Origin: Planctomycetota bacterium
GTDB lineage: Bacteria > Planctomycetota > UBA8108 > SXIK01
NCBI GenBank assembly: GCA_965223845.1
Contig: CBDCXR010000004.1
Coordinates: forward strand, 1,216,001 to 1,280,000
Direction: 5' to 3'
Length of the DNA stretch: 64,000 bases
Of this stretch, positions 1 through 9,615 are shown in pieces; within the stretch, counting starts at the first letter, position 1; every line of letters begins with the position of its first letter. Made by a program: the position numbers and the translations under genes. Below the pieces are notes generated by a model that had not been told where the DNA came from, did no database searches, and saw only the letters and a program-made list of their open reading frames with translations.

Positions 1-2
1 CA

Positions 3-770
3 TCGCTCGAGGCGGCGGGAGACGCCGTCGCGCGAGTCGTCGCCTCCGGTCTCCTCCCCGGCGCCATGGAGATCATGGACCGGCTCGCAATCGAGGCGGC
101 CGAGGCGGCGGTCGGCGCCGGCTATCCGCGGGAAGCGGCCGCGGTCCTCATCGTCGAGCTCGAGGGGCTCCGGGAGTCGGTCGCGGCGGAGTCGGCTCGA
201 CTGCGCGAGACGATCGCGGCGACCGGCGCGACGGAAGTGCGCGTCGCGGACTCGAGCGAAGAGCGGATGGCGATCTGGCGGGGAAGAAAGAGCGCGTTCT
301 CCGCAGTCGGTCGCCTGAGCCCCGACTACATCGTGCAGGACGGCGTCGTCCCGCGCGGGCGACTCGGCGAAGCGCTCGCCGCGATCGAGCGCATGAGCGA
401 GTCGGCGGGCATCCGCGTCGCGAACGTGTTCCACGCCGGAGACGGAAACCTACACCCGCTCATCCTCTACGACGGTCGCGAGGCCGGAGCTCTCGCTCGC
501 GCCGAAGCCCTCGCGGGGGATATTCTCCGGCTCTGTGTCGAGCTTGGAGGTTCGATCACGGGCGAGCACGGCGTTGGCGTCGAGAAGCGGGAGTACCTCC
601 CGGACATGTTCTCGCCGATCGATATTGCTCTCATGAAGGATGTTCGCCGCGCGATCGATCCACTCGAGCTCTCTAATCCCGGGAAGATGTTTCCGGGAGG
701 AGACGCGCCTTCACTCGGGGCCTCTGCACCGCATCCCCTCGAGCGAGCGGGAGTCATCAGTCGCGAATGA
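3..770 (+). CDS. glcD: Glycolate oxidase subunit GlcD (FAD-linked oxidase), 5'-truncated by window edge
   Basis: Frame is open from base 3 ([26 protein letters not shown]). Motifs [33 protein letters not shown]. Followed by glcE and glcF. Confidence 0.9.
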   Translation, partial: SLEAAGDAVARVVASGLLPGAMEIMDRLAIEAAEAAVGAGYPREAAAVLIVELEGLRESVAAESARLRETIAATGATEVRVADSSEERMAIWRGRKSAFSAVGRLSPDYIVQDGVVPRGRLGEALAAIERMSESAGIRVANVFHAGDGNLHPLILYDGREAGALARAEALAGDILRLCVELGGSITGEHGVGVEKREYLPDMFSPIDIALMKDVRRAIDPLELSNPGKMFPGGDAPSLGASAPHPLERAGVISRE

Positions 771-1885
771 GCGAGATGGAATCCTCCGCCGAGCGAACGC
801 CGTCGCGATCGGAGCCTCGCCGAGCGACATCGGCCGAAGGGGTCGCGACCTGCGTGCGCGAGTCGGCACGGGTCCTCCCCGTCGGCCGGAGGACGAAGCC
901 CTCGCTCTCCGGCGCTCCTTCGGACGTGACCCTGATCGACATGGCCGAGCTTCGCGGCATCGTCGAGTACGCGCCGGGCGAGTACACCGTGACGGCGAGA
1001 GCCGGGACGCCGCTCGCGCAGATCGAAGAGGCGCTCGCCGAGCACGGTCAGTTCCTCCCGTTCGAGCCACCACTCAGTCGTGCCGGGGCGACTCTCGGCG
1101 GAGCGATCGCATCGGGGTTGAGCGGCTCGCTCCAGCATCGCTACGGCGGCCCGCGAGACTTCGTGCTCGGTGTTCGGTTCGTCGACGGTGAAGGGCGAAT
1201 CGCGCGCGGCGGCGGTCGCGTCGTCAAGAACGCCGCGGGCTTCGACTTCCCGAAGCTCTTCGTCGGGAGCGCAGGGCGGCTCGGGGTCCTCATCGAAGCG
1301 ACGCTCAAGGTCTTCCCGCGGCCACCGGCCTTCGCCACGCGCCGCTTCGAGCTCGCGGGAACGGAAGAGGCGCTCGAAGCACTCGTCGCCCTCGGTGCGA
1401 GTCCCCTCGATCTCGCGGCGCTCGATTTCGAGCCGCCGCAGTCGATCGTTGTCCGCGTGGGCGGTGAGGCGGACGGGATGAATGCCCACGTCGCGCGCGT
1501 CGAGCGCGCGCTCGCGCGAGCGGGCGATCGCCCGCACGACGACGAGGCATTTTGGGCACGAGTGAGCGAGCTCGAGTGGGCGGACGGCGGCGGCGCCCTC
1601 GTCAAGCTGTCGACAACCCCCCGGCGCATCGTCGAGCTCGACGCGGAGCTCGGTAACGCGGGCGTCGTGCGCCGCTACACCGCGGGCGGCCACGTCGCGT
1701 GGACGAGTTGGCCGCGGGACGCGACGCGCGACGACGTCGAGTCGCTCCTTCGCCGGGTGGACGCGCGCGGCCTCGTCGTCCGTGGACTCGAAGGACCGCC
1801 GCTCCTTCCCCCGCGCCCGAACGGATTCGCCGACCGCGTCCGAACGGCGCTCGACCCGCGACGAAAGTTCTTGGAGCTGGAGTGA
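767..1885 (+). CDS. glcE: Glycolate oxidase FAD-binding subunit GlcE
   Basis: [46 protein letters not shown] overlap with glcD. Confidence 0.88.
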   Translation: MSEMESSAERTPSRSEPRRATSAEGVATCVRESARVLPVGRRTKPSLSGAPSDVTLIDMAELRGIVEYAPGEYTVTARAGTPLAQIEEALAEHGQFLPFEPPLSRAGATLGGAIASGLSGSLQHRYGGPRDFVLGVRFVDGEGRIARGGGRVVKNAAGFDFPKLFVGSAGRLGVLIEATLKVFPRPPAFATRRFELAGTEEALEALVALGASPLDLAALDFEPPQSIVVRVGGEADGMNAHVARVERALARAGDRPHDDEAFWARVSELEWADGGGALVKLSTTPRRIVELDAELGNAGVVRRYTAGGHVAWTSWPRDATRDDVESLLRRVDARGLVVRGLEGPPLLPPRPNGFADRVRTALDPRRKFLELE

Positions 1886-3162
1886 TGCAGCATCGCATCG
1901 ACGCGGCGAAGTGGGGGCCGAACGGCCGAGCGATGGCGAGTGCCGTCGGTGCGTGCGTCCACTGCGGCTTCTGTCTCCCCACCTGTCCGACGTACCGCGT
2001 CCTCGAAGAAGAGATGGATTCCCCGCGCGGTCGCATCTTTCTCATGAAGGAGGCGCTCGAAGAGAAACTTTCGCTCGACGAGGTCGCGCCGTACGTCGAC
2101 CGCTGTCTCGGCTGCCTCGCCTGCGAAACTTCCTGTCCGTCCGGCGTCGCCTACGGCGAACTCGTGACGCCGTTTCGCGCACTTCTCGAGTCGTCCGCGA
2201 GGGGAGCCGGGCGCGGTCGATGGTGGCGCCGCACGATCGTGGGCACGCTCGCGCGTCCCGCGAGGTTTCGCGCGGCCGCTCGGCTCGGAGGAATCGGGCG
2301 GCGTTGGGCCAAGTTTCTCCCGCCGAGGTTGCGCGCGATGCTCGCGCTCCTTCCCCGGATCCTTCCGCAAGTGCGCTCGCTCCCCGATCGAGTCGCACCG
2401 ATCGGGGAGCGGCGCGCTCGAGTCGCTCTGCTCGCCGGCTGCGCGCAGCAGGCGCTCGCCCCGGAGATCAATGTCGCGACCCTGCGAGTTCTCGCGGTGA
2501 ATGGCGTCGAAGTCGTCGTCCCGCCCGATCAGGGGTGCTGCGGAGCGCTCTCGATGCATACGGGATTCGCCGGCGACGCGCGACGAGCCGCGCGGCGGAA
2601 TCTCGCGAGTTTCCCGGCCGACGTCGACGCGATCGTCACCAACGCCGCGGGCTGCGGCTCCGGGATGCGCGAGTACCGCCAACTCTTCGCGGGCGAGTCC
2701 GAAGCCGAACGGGCCGCCGAGTTCGCCCGACGCGTCTTCGACGTCGCGAGCTTTCTCGACGAGCTCGGTCTCGTTCCGCCTCCGCCGCCGCTCGCCCGGC
2801 CGACGACCGTCGCCTACCACGACGCTTGTCACTTGGGGCACGCCCAGCGTGTCGTCGCCGCTCCGCGGCGTTTGCTCGGTGCGATCGACGGGCTCAAGCT
2901 AAGATCGCCGCGGGATCCCGAGGTCTGCTGCGGCTCCGCCGGAATCTACAATCTCGAACAACCCGAGATCGCCGCCCAGTTGGGTGACGCGAAGGCGCGC
3001 GCGCTCGCCGAGACGGGCGCGCCGGTGGTCGCGACGGGGAACATCGGCTGCATGGCGCAGATTCGAATCCACCTCGAACGTCGGCGCGCTTCCGACGTCG
3101 GCGTCCTTCACACGATGGAAGTCCTCGATCGGGCATACCGGAGAGTGCCGCTGGTACCGTGA
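1885..3162 (+). CDS. glcF: Glycolate oxidase iron-sulfur subunit GlcF
   Basis: CVHCGFCLPTCP and CLGCLACETSCP 4Fe-4S motifs, two CCG domains, YHDACHL. ATG at 1885 overlaps the glcE stop (TGATG). Confidence 0.92.
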   Translation: MQHRIDAAKWGPNGRAMASAVGACVHCGFCLPTCPTYRVLEEEMDSPRGRIFLMKEALEEKLSLDEVAPYVDRCLGCLACETSCPSGVAYGELVTPFRALLESSARGAGRGRWWRRTIVGTLARPARFRAAARLGGIGRRWAKFLPPRLRAMLALLPRILPQVRSLPDRVAPIGERRARVALLAGCAQQALAPEINVATLRVLAVNGVEVVVPPDQGCCGALSMHTGFAGDARRAARRNLASFPADVDAIVTNAAGCGSGMREYRQLFAGESEAERAAEFARRVFDVASFLDELGLVPPPPPLARPTTVAYHDACHLGHAQRVVAAPRRLLGAIDGLKLRSPRDPEVCCGSAGIYNLEQPEIAAQLGDAKARALAETGAPVVATGNIGCMAQIRIHLERRRASDVGVLHTMEVLDRAYRRVPLVP

Positions 3163-3283
3163 TTCGACGGCGCGCTCCGACTTGACCCCGTCGTGGTTGA
3201 GAGATAAGACTCGGGCCTTCAAACGCGCTCCCGATCGCGCGAGTTTCTCGTTCCGTCCGAACCGTTTCGAAGCCACCGATCCG

Positions 3284-4060
3284 ATGCGAGTCATCACTCT
3301 CAACGTCAACGGCATTCGCTCGGCCCAGCGCAAGGGCGTCTTCCCCTGGCTTCGCCGCCAGAACGCCGACGTGATCTGTTTCCAAGAGCTGAAGGCGCAG
3401 CCCGATCAGATCGAGGAGCGCGACTTCCACCTCTCCGGCTACCATCGCTATCTCCACTGCGCCGAGAAGAAGGGATACAGCGGCGTCGCGATCTACTCGC
3501 GCGTCGAGCCGCGCAAGGTCGTTCACGGCATCGGCTGGTCGGACGTGGACGTCGAGGGACGCTACATCGAGGCGCAGTTCCCTGGCCTCAGCGTCGTTTC
3601 CATCTACGTCCACTCGGGCTCGTCGAGCGACGAACGCCAGCAGATCAAGTTCGGGTTTCTGGATCGCTTTCTCCCTTACCTTCGGTCACTGCGGCGGAAG
3701 CGCCGCGAGTACGTCCTCTGCGGCGACTGGAATATCGCGCACAAAAAGATCGACATCAAAAACTGGCGCTCGAACCAGAAGAACTCGGGCTTCCTTCCGG
3801 AAGAGCGCGAGTGGATGGATCGCTTGTTCGGGGAAGCGGGATTCGTCGATTCGTTTCGAGTCGTCAATCAAAACGCGGACGAATACACCTGGTGGTCGAA
3901 CCGCGGGCGCGCGCGGGAGAAGAACGTCGGCTGGCGCATCGACTACCAAGTCGTGACGCCGGGGATGAAGGACGCGATCCAGTCGGCCGCGATCTACCGG
4001 CGAAAGAGCTTCTCGGATCACGCGCCGCTGACGATCGACTACGACGTCGCTCTCGGTTGA
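3284..4060 (+). CDS. xth: Exodeoxyribonuclease III / AP endonuclease
   Basis: MRVITLNVNGIRSA, FQELK, GYSGVA, GDWNIAH, YTWWS, GWRIDY, SDHAP. Start reassigned to ATG 3284. Confidence 0.95.
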   Translation: MRVITLNVNGIRSAQRKGVFPWLRRQNADVICFQELKAQPDQIEERDFHLSGYHRYLHCAEKKGYSGVAIYSRVEPRKVVHGIGWSDVDVEGRYIEAQFPGLSVVSIYVHSGSSSDERQQIKFGFLDRFLPYLRSLRRKRREYVLCGDWNIAHKKIDIKNWRSNQKNSGFLPEEREWMDRLFGEAGFVDSFRVVNQNADEYTWWSNRGRAREKNVGWRIDYQVVTPGMKDAIQSAAIYRRKSFSDHAPLTIDYDVALG

Positions 4061-4077
4061 ACTCCGCGCACGCTCGA

Positions 4078-5298
4078 TCAGCGGACGAGGATCAGATTCT
4101 CGGACGTCCCTTCAAAGACGACGAGTCCTTCGCCGAAGAGGGGCGCTTCCCGTCCCAGATCTAGATCCGGCGTGCCGGCGACGGTCTCGAGGTCTTCCCG
4201 AAAGCCCACGATCTCCGGAAAGCCGCCGTTCGTAAACGTGAGCAGCTGCGCTGTGCCGGAGTCGACCGCGTAGAAGAAGCTTCCGCTCGGTCCCTCGATG
4301 ATCCCGAATGCGCGGATGTCGAAAGTGCCCCCGAGCACGTCTTCAAAGTCCGCGGGGAGCGTGAACACCGACATCTCGGTTCCCGCGGGATTGACGATCA
4401 CCGTAGCGACCCCGCGATCACCGTCCGCGACGAGAATGTAGAGCGCGTCGGAGCTCGACTCCGTGGCGACGCTCAGGATGTGGAGATCGAGTACCTCCGG
4501 CAGCAGACCGACGAGCGCATCGTGCGAGACCCAAGTCTCGACGCTTCCGTTCACCGCGATGCGCACGATCCCGCCGTCCGAGAGAAACCAGCCGAACTGG
4601 CTGTCGGTATCTCCTCCGCGAACCAGTCCCGCGAGTGCGAAGGCGGTGTTCGGGAGGTCGGCCGCGTCCACGAGATCGAGCACGTCGACGAAGACCGAAG
4701 CGTTGCCGAAGTTGTCGAAGCGGAGAATGTGGCCGCTCTCGAGGTCTTGCGCGACGATCTGATTCGCGAGAAGTGAGCGCGCGTGGTGGATGCGGGCGCT
4801 CGACTCGCCCGTCGCGTCGGTGACCTGGTCCTCGGTCGCGTGGACGTGAACCGTGCCGTCGGTCTCGAAGCGAAGGAGAAGGCCGGAGACGCCGTCCGCG
4901 GCGATGATCTGATCGGCGAGCGCTCCGCCGAGGAGCTGGTCGATCGAGCCGAGATCGACGTCGGCCGCCCCGCTCACGGCCGTGATCTCGTCGCGGGTCG
5001 CGAAAATGAACGGCGTCCCGTCGACGTCGAAGAGGAGGAAGAACTGCGATTCGGCGTCGAAGGCGAGGATCGGCCCGCCGAGCGTGCCGAAGAAGGAGCT
5101 CGGGAGAAACGACGCCGCGGCGGTGAGGTCGCTGATCTCGTCGACCGACGTGAAGAGAAACACGTTCCCTTCGACGGCACCGTCTCCACCCGAGCCGCCG
5201 CTGCTGCATGCCGCGAGGAGGAGCGTTCCGGCGAGGAGTCCGGCCGTCGATGAGCGAGAGAAGCGCGAGGCCAGCGTTCGGCGAAGTGTCGTTCGCAT
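4078..5298 (-). CDS. Hypothetical acidic lipoprotein with ~50-aa internal repeats (possible beta-propeller)
   Basis: Basic N-region then lipobox LLLAA-C and a Ser/Gly linker. Recurring (L/I)xxFxxxG..DL-like pattern. Start chosen at ATG 5298. Confidence 0.65.
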   Translation of the reverse strand: MRTTLRRTLASRFSRSSTAGLLAGTLLLAACSSGGSGGDGAVEGNVFLFTSVDEISDLTAAASFLPSSFFGTLGGPILAFDAESQFFLLFDVDGTPFIFATRDEITAVSGAADVDLGSIDQLLGGALADQIIAADGVSGLLLRFETDGTVHVHATEDQVTDATGESSARIHHARSLLANQIVAQDLESGHILRFDNFGNASVFVDVLDLVDAADLPNTAFALAGLVRGGDTDSQFGWFLSDGGIVRIAVNGSVETWVSHDALVGLLPEVLDLHILSVATESSSDALYILVADGDRGVATVIVNPAGTEMSVFTLPADFEDVLGGTFDIRAFGIIEGPSGSFFYAVDSGTAQLLTFTNGGFPEIVGFREDLETVAGTPDLDLGREAPLFGEGLVVFEGTSENLILVR

Positions 5299-5520
5299 AG
5301 ACAAGAGTTCCGATTTGAAGAGGTCGAGTTTCGAGGAGCGCGAGGGGGAGACGGAGCGGCCGGCCGATCGGGCGAAGGGGTCGCCCGGAGTGAACATCGC
5401 GGGAATCGGGGTCGATGAGCGAGCGTAAGGCGGCATCCACCGCGCGTCAAAAACCGCTTGTCGTCCCGCGTCGGATCCCCGTCTCGCCGAGAGATGAGCA
5501 AGAATCGCGCCGGACGGCGG

Positions 5521-5946
5521 TCAGCAGCTTCCTCGGGCGCGCTCGAACGGTTCACGGAGTTCGCCCGGAAGCGCCCTCGGTCGTCCGTCGCTTCCGATGC
5601 TCGCGAGAACGGTGTGCCCGTCTGCGATGAGCTCGTCCTCGGCCGAGCGAATCTCGTAATCGAGCCGGACGCGAACCCGGGAGACGTCCGTTACCCGGGT
5701 GCCGATCCGAAGGACCTGGTCGTATCCCGCCTTGCGACGAAAGCGCGCGGCGGCTTCGACGACCATGAGAAGGAACCCCTGCGCCTCGAGGTCGGCGTAC
5801 GCCAAGCCGAACTCGCGAATCATCTCGGTCCGTCCGAGCTCGAAGTAAACGAAGTACTGGCCGTGATAGACGACTCCCATTTGATCGGTCTCGCCGTAGC
5901 GGACCCGAGTCGTCGTCCAGTGCGTTCCGTCGTCGCTCGAGCTCAC
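5521..5946 (-). CDS. Acyl-CoA thioesterase, YbgC/FadM (4HBT hotdog) family
   Basis: RVRYGETDQMGVVYHGQYFVYFELGR signature. GTGA overlap with the upstream gene. Confidence 0.9.
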   Translation of the reverse strand: MSSSDDGTHWTTTRVRYGETDQMGVVYHGQYFVYFELGRTEMIREFGLAYADLEAQGFLLMVVEAAARFRRKAGYDQVLRIGTRVTDVSRVRVRLDYEIRSAEDELIADGHTVLASIGSDGRPRALPGELREPFERARGSC

Positions 5947-7460
5947 GCGCCGGCCGCTCGCACCCGAGCGATGAGTCCGCTGTCGGCCTCGGCCGACCCC
6001 CGCAGAAGATAGAGGCTCGACGCGAGAAAACGTGACCGGGCGGCGCCGTGCATCGTGGCGTAGTCTTCGAGGACGGCGGAGCTGAACTTGTAGTCGTGCG
6101 CGTTCGTGCCCTTGGCGAAGATCAGGCGACGCGCCTCGGCGACCAGAGCGTTCGGATCGGCGCCCGACTCGAGATAGTGAAGAGCCTGCCGGCAGGCCGA
6201 GTCCCGATCTCGGTTCACTTCGGCGAAGATCGACGCGAGTGAGCCGGGGGCCTTCTCGCTCGGTTGCAGCTCGTCGATCCTTCGTTCGCGTAGTTCGCCT
6301 CTCCCCTTCGCTGATTCGCGGAAGAGCGGAAGAAACGATGCCATCTGCAGAAGAAGCAGCTTGCGCGTGCTTTCGTCGGACGTGTGATGGAAAAGATAGT
6401 GGACGGCGTTTGCGGTCGTGACGGCATGGAGCGGGAGGATGCCGGGCTGGCGCATGACGAGTTCGCCTGAATACGCGAACATCGCGTCCCAGGCGCTGCG
6501 CGGGTGAACTCCTCGCTTCACGAGATCGATCACGTGGCCGCTCGCCTCGCTCGGCGTCGCGGTGCGAAGCGCCGTCGTGAAGGAGGTCACGGCGCCTTCG
6601 TCGTAGCGTCCACAGAGCCAGTGCTCGTCCAGCTCGCGCACCCGCTCACGATTTTCGCGAAACGGTCGATCGACGGGATCGTCGCGCTTCGCCGGGCTCT
6701 CGCCCTCGTGCTTGAGGAGAGCGTAGGCGAGGGACCGGTACACCGGTTCGGCGTGCTGGACTCCCATCGTGTCGAGAGTGCGAAATGCGTTCGCGACATA
6801 GATCGCCTTGTGGCCGATGTCGCGGTAATCGCGCGCGGCGTAGAGGCAAAAGTCGTCGAAGGCCTGGCCGACGCTCGCCGTGCGCCCGAGCCCCGCCGCC
6901 GCGACGTCGGCCGCCGCTTCGTCCCACGCGTCCATTGCGCCTCGAAACGCCGCGCGCGTCGCCGCGGGGTCCGGGATCCCGGACTCGTTGACCGCAGCCA
7001 TCGTCCAGTCGCCCTCGGAGACGTCACTCGCCTGCGACCGCTTGAAGTCGTCGACCGCCCAGAGGATCGGAAGCCACCGATCGGTGGCCGGCGACGAGAC
7101 GCTCGCGAGGTGGCATGAATGAACGACGAGCACCGCGTGGAATTTGAATCCCACGTGGGGCCGCGGTCGAATGTTGCGGATGCCCGCGAGAAGAAGAGCG
7201 GTCAGGACGTCCCGATAGGGAAGACCGTTCTTCACGCGACGGGCGATCTCCTCGATCGCGCGATCGCGAGGAGTTTCTTCGAGGACGCGGACGAGCGGCT
7301 CGATCGAGGCGTCGAACTCGACTTTCGTCGGCTCGATCTTGGTCTCTTGAGTCCCGACGGGCGGGAGCCCCGCCGCGATGCCGAGCGGACCGCCGAGAAT
7401 CGCGGCACCGCCCGCCGCCGTCGTCTGGAGGAATCGCCGCCGAGTCGTTCGCTTGCGCAT
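5943..7460 (-). CDS. Tat-exported helical protein, putative His-ligated metalloenzyme
   Basis: Tat motif TRRRFL. His motifs FHAV, GHKAIY, LHAVT, AHDYK. Confidence 0.75.
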   Translation of the reverse strand: MRKRTTRRRFLQTTAAGGAAILGGPLGIAAGLPPVGTQETKIEPTKVEFDASIEPLVRVLEETPRDRAIEEIARRVKNGLPYRDVLTALLLAGIRNIRPRPHVGFKFHAVLVVHSCHLASVSSPATDRWLPILWAVDDFKRSQASDVSEGDWTMAAVNESGIPDPAATRAAFRGAMDAWDEAAADVAAAGLGRTASVGQAFDDFCLYAARDYRDIGHKAIYVANAFRTLDTMGVQHAEPVYRSLAYALLKHEGESPAKRDDPVDRPFRENRERVRELDEHWLCGRYDEGAVTSFTTALRTATPSEASGHVIDLVKRGVHPRSAWDAMFAYSGELVMRQPGILPLHAVTTANAVHYLFHHTSDESTRKLLLLQMASFLPLFRESAKGRGELRERRIDELQPSEKAPGSLASIFAEVNRDRDSACRQALHYLESGADPNALVAEARRLIFAKGTNAHDYKFSSAVLEDYATMHGAARSRFLASSLYLLRGSAEADSGLIARVRAAGA

Positions 7461-7549
7461 GGGATTCTCCTTCCGTCGTCAGGGAAGACACTCTTCGCCG
7501 GTAGGAACGCCGGCGAACGGGCTCGCCACGGTCTTTCCGACTCCGGCGT

Positions 7550-8377
7550 CTACTTTACCGCGGCGATGTACGCCACCCAAGCGGACGCATCGTCGCCCTC
7601 GACGCTGAGAGTGAACTCACCGTCGCCATCGCCGTCCTCGTCGGTCCCTTCCCAGTAAACGTCGACCGCCTTGAATCCGGTCTCTTCGAGCGCGTCGCGC
7701 ACTTCGGGCATCGACCAGAGACGCCAGTCGTACGTGAAGGCCTTCTCCATGCGCGAACCGTCCGGTAGATCGAAATGGATGTGGCAGATCGCCTCACCGG
7801 TGATCGGATTGTAGAAGTCTTGATCCCACACGTAGTCGAAGCCGGGATCCTGCTCGGTGCTCTCTTCCTGCGCGACCTGCGCCTCGGGTCCGCCGTAGAG
7901 ATCGAGTACGAAGATTCCGTCCTCGGGAAGCGATTCGTAGACCTTGTCGAAGTACTCTCGTAGGTGCCGGCGGGTCTTGAAAACGAAATACGAGAAGTTG
8001 AACGCGGCGACGACGTCGGCAGACACGTCGACGGCGTCGAGGACGTTTTTCTCGAGGAGATCGATCCGCGATCTCTGCTCCGGATTGAGCTCAGAGAGGT
8101 TGTTCTCTCGTCCCCACTCGAGGGTCGGGCGGTCGAGATCGATCCCGAACGCACGTCCGTCGGCGATCTGACGCGCCCACTCGCAGCAGAGGATCGCCGT
8201 ACCGCAAAAATCCTCCCGAAGCACGGTCGGGCGCTTGTCTCGGTAGCTGTGATAGAGCTTGGTGAGGAACTCGACTTCAAACGGCGGATTCTGAACCGAC
8301 TCTTGGTAGAGGTCGTGTCGGTCCCACTTCTTCGCCTTCTTCTTGCGGCGACGCATGTTCTTGAGGGTCTTACTCAT
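7550..8377 (-). CDS. Class I SAM-dependent methyltransferase
   Basis: LYQESVQ, LREDFCGTA (motif I variant), GIDLD, AFNFSY, FTYDWRLW. Start at ATG 8377. Confidence 0.85.
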   Translation of the reverse strand: MSKTLKNMRRRKKKAKKWDRHDLYQESVQNPPFEVEFLTKLYHSYRDKRPTVLREDFCGTAILCCEWARQIADGRAFGIDLDRPTLEWGRENNLSELNPEQRSRIDLLEKNVLDAVDVSADVVAAFNFSYFVFKTRRHLREYFDKVYESLPEDGIFVLDLYGGPEAQVAQEESTEQDPGFDYVWDQDFYNPITGEAICHIHFDLPDGSRMEKAFTYDWRLWSMPEVRDALEETGFKAVDVYWEGTDEDGDGDGEFTLSVEGDDASAWVAYIAAVK

Positions 8378-8651
8378 GACGTCCTCGTGAATGATCTCTA
8401 CACAGAACTCTCTTCGTTCGGCGATCGCGGGCGCTCGGCCGGGACGTTCGGGCCTCGACGCGAGCTCTTCGCCGCTCCTCGGTTCGCCGGAGAACTCCCC
8501 AAATATAGCGATGGCGCTCGGATCCTCAAGGTTTGCCCCCGCCGTGCGCGCTGCGTTCGGGACGGTGTTTGCTGGACGGCCCGCGAACGAGCGGAGTCGA
8601 TCGTCCACTGAGAAGGTAGAATCGGCGTCTCGACGACTGAGGTACGGACCG

Positions 8652-9602
8652 ATGAGTGACGGCGAGGAGCGACATCCGCCGCGCGGAAACGGACTCTGGA
8701 CGACCGACGGCGGACTCGAGACGACGCTCGTCTTTGCGCGCGGGATCGAGATTCCTCACTTCTCTGCCTTCACTCTTCTCGAATCGAGGGACGGCGCGGA
8801 GATCCTCCGTGCCTACTACCGGTCCTACGTCGCGCTCGCCCGGCGGCACCGTCTCGGGATCATCATCCAGACCGTCACCTGGCGCGCGAATCGGGACTGG
8901 GGCGCGAAGCTCGGCTACGATCGCGAAGCTCTCGCCGAAGTGAACCGACAAGGCGTCCGTCTACTCGAAGAGGTCCGCGAGGAGTTCGCTCTGTCGCCGC
9001 CCGAGATGCTCATCAGCGGTTGCCTCGGCCCGCGGGGTGACGGCTACTCGGCGAGTGTCCGCAGATCGGCCGACGAGGCCCGCGCGTATCACCGCGAACA
9101 GGTCGAGACTCTCTGCGGTACGGGGGTGGACTTCGTCTCCGGCATGACGATGAACCATGTCGACGAGGCGATCGGAATCAGTCGAGCGGCGGGAGATCTC
9201 GGCGTTCCTCACGTGCTCTCGTTCACGGTGGAGACCGACGGTCGACTGCCGGACGGAACGCAGCTCGGGGACGCGATCGAGGCGGTCGACGGTGCGACCG
9301 GGCGAGCTCCGGAGTTCTATATGATCAATTGCGCGCACCCCTCGCACTTCGCCGCTCAACTCTCGAGCGGGGGCGAGTGGGTCGAGAGGATCCACGGCAT
9401 CCGCGCGAACGCCTCGGGGAGGAGCCACGCCGAGCTCGACGCTTCCCCGGAGCTCGACGACGGCGATCCCGGCGCTCTCGCGGTCGCGTGCCGAGTCCTC
9501 CGCGATCGCCATCCGCACGTCAAGATCTTCGGCGGTTGCTGTGGCACGGACGAGCGTCATATCGAGAGCATCTGCCGCGCGCTGTCCGGGCCCAGCGAGT
9601 GA
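8652..9602 (+). CDS. Homocysteine S-methyltransferase family protein
   Basis: TDGGLET, GPRGDGY, Zn ligands in MINC and GGCCG. Start at ATG 8652. Confidence 0.9.
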   Translation: MSDGEERHPPRGNGLWTTDGGLETTLVFARGIEIPHFSAFTLLESRDGAEILRAYYRSYVALARRHRLGIIIQTVTWRANRDWGAKLGYDREALAEVNRQGVRLLEEVREEFALSPPEMLISGCLGPRGDGYSASVRRSADEARAYHREQVETLCGTGVDFVSGMTMNHVDEAIGISRAAGDLGVPHVLSFTVETDGRLPDGTQLGDAIEAVDGATGRAPEFYMINCAHPSHFAAQLSSGGEWVERIHGIRANASGRSHAELDASPELDDGDPGALAVACRVLRDRHPHVKIFGGCCGTDERHIESICRALSGPSE

Positions 9603-9615
9603 TCGGCGCCCGCGC

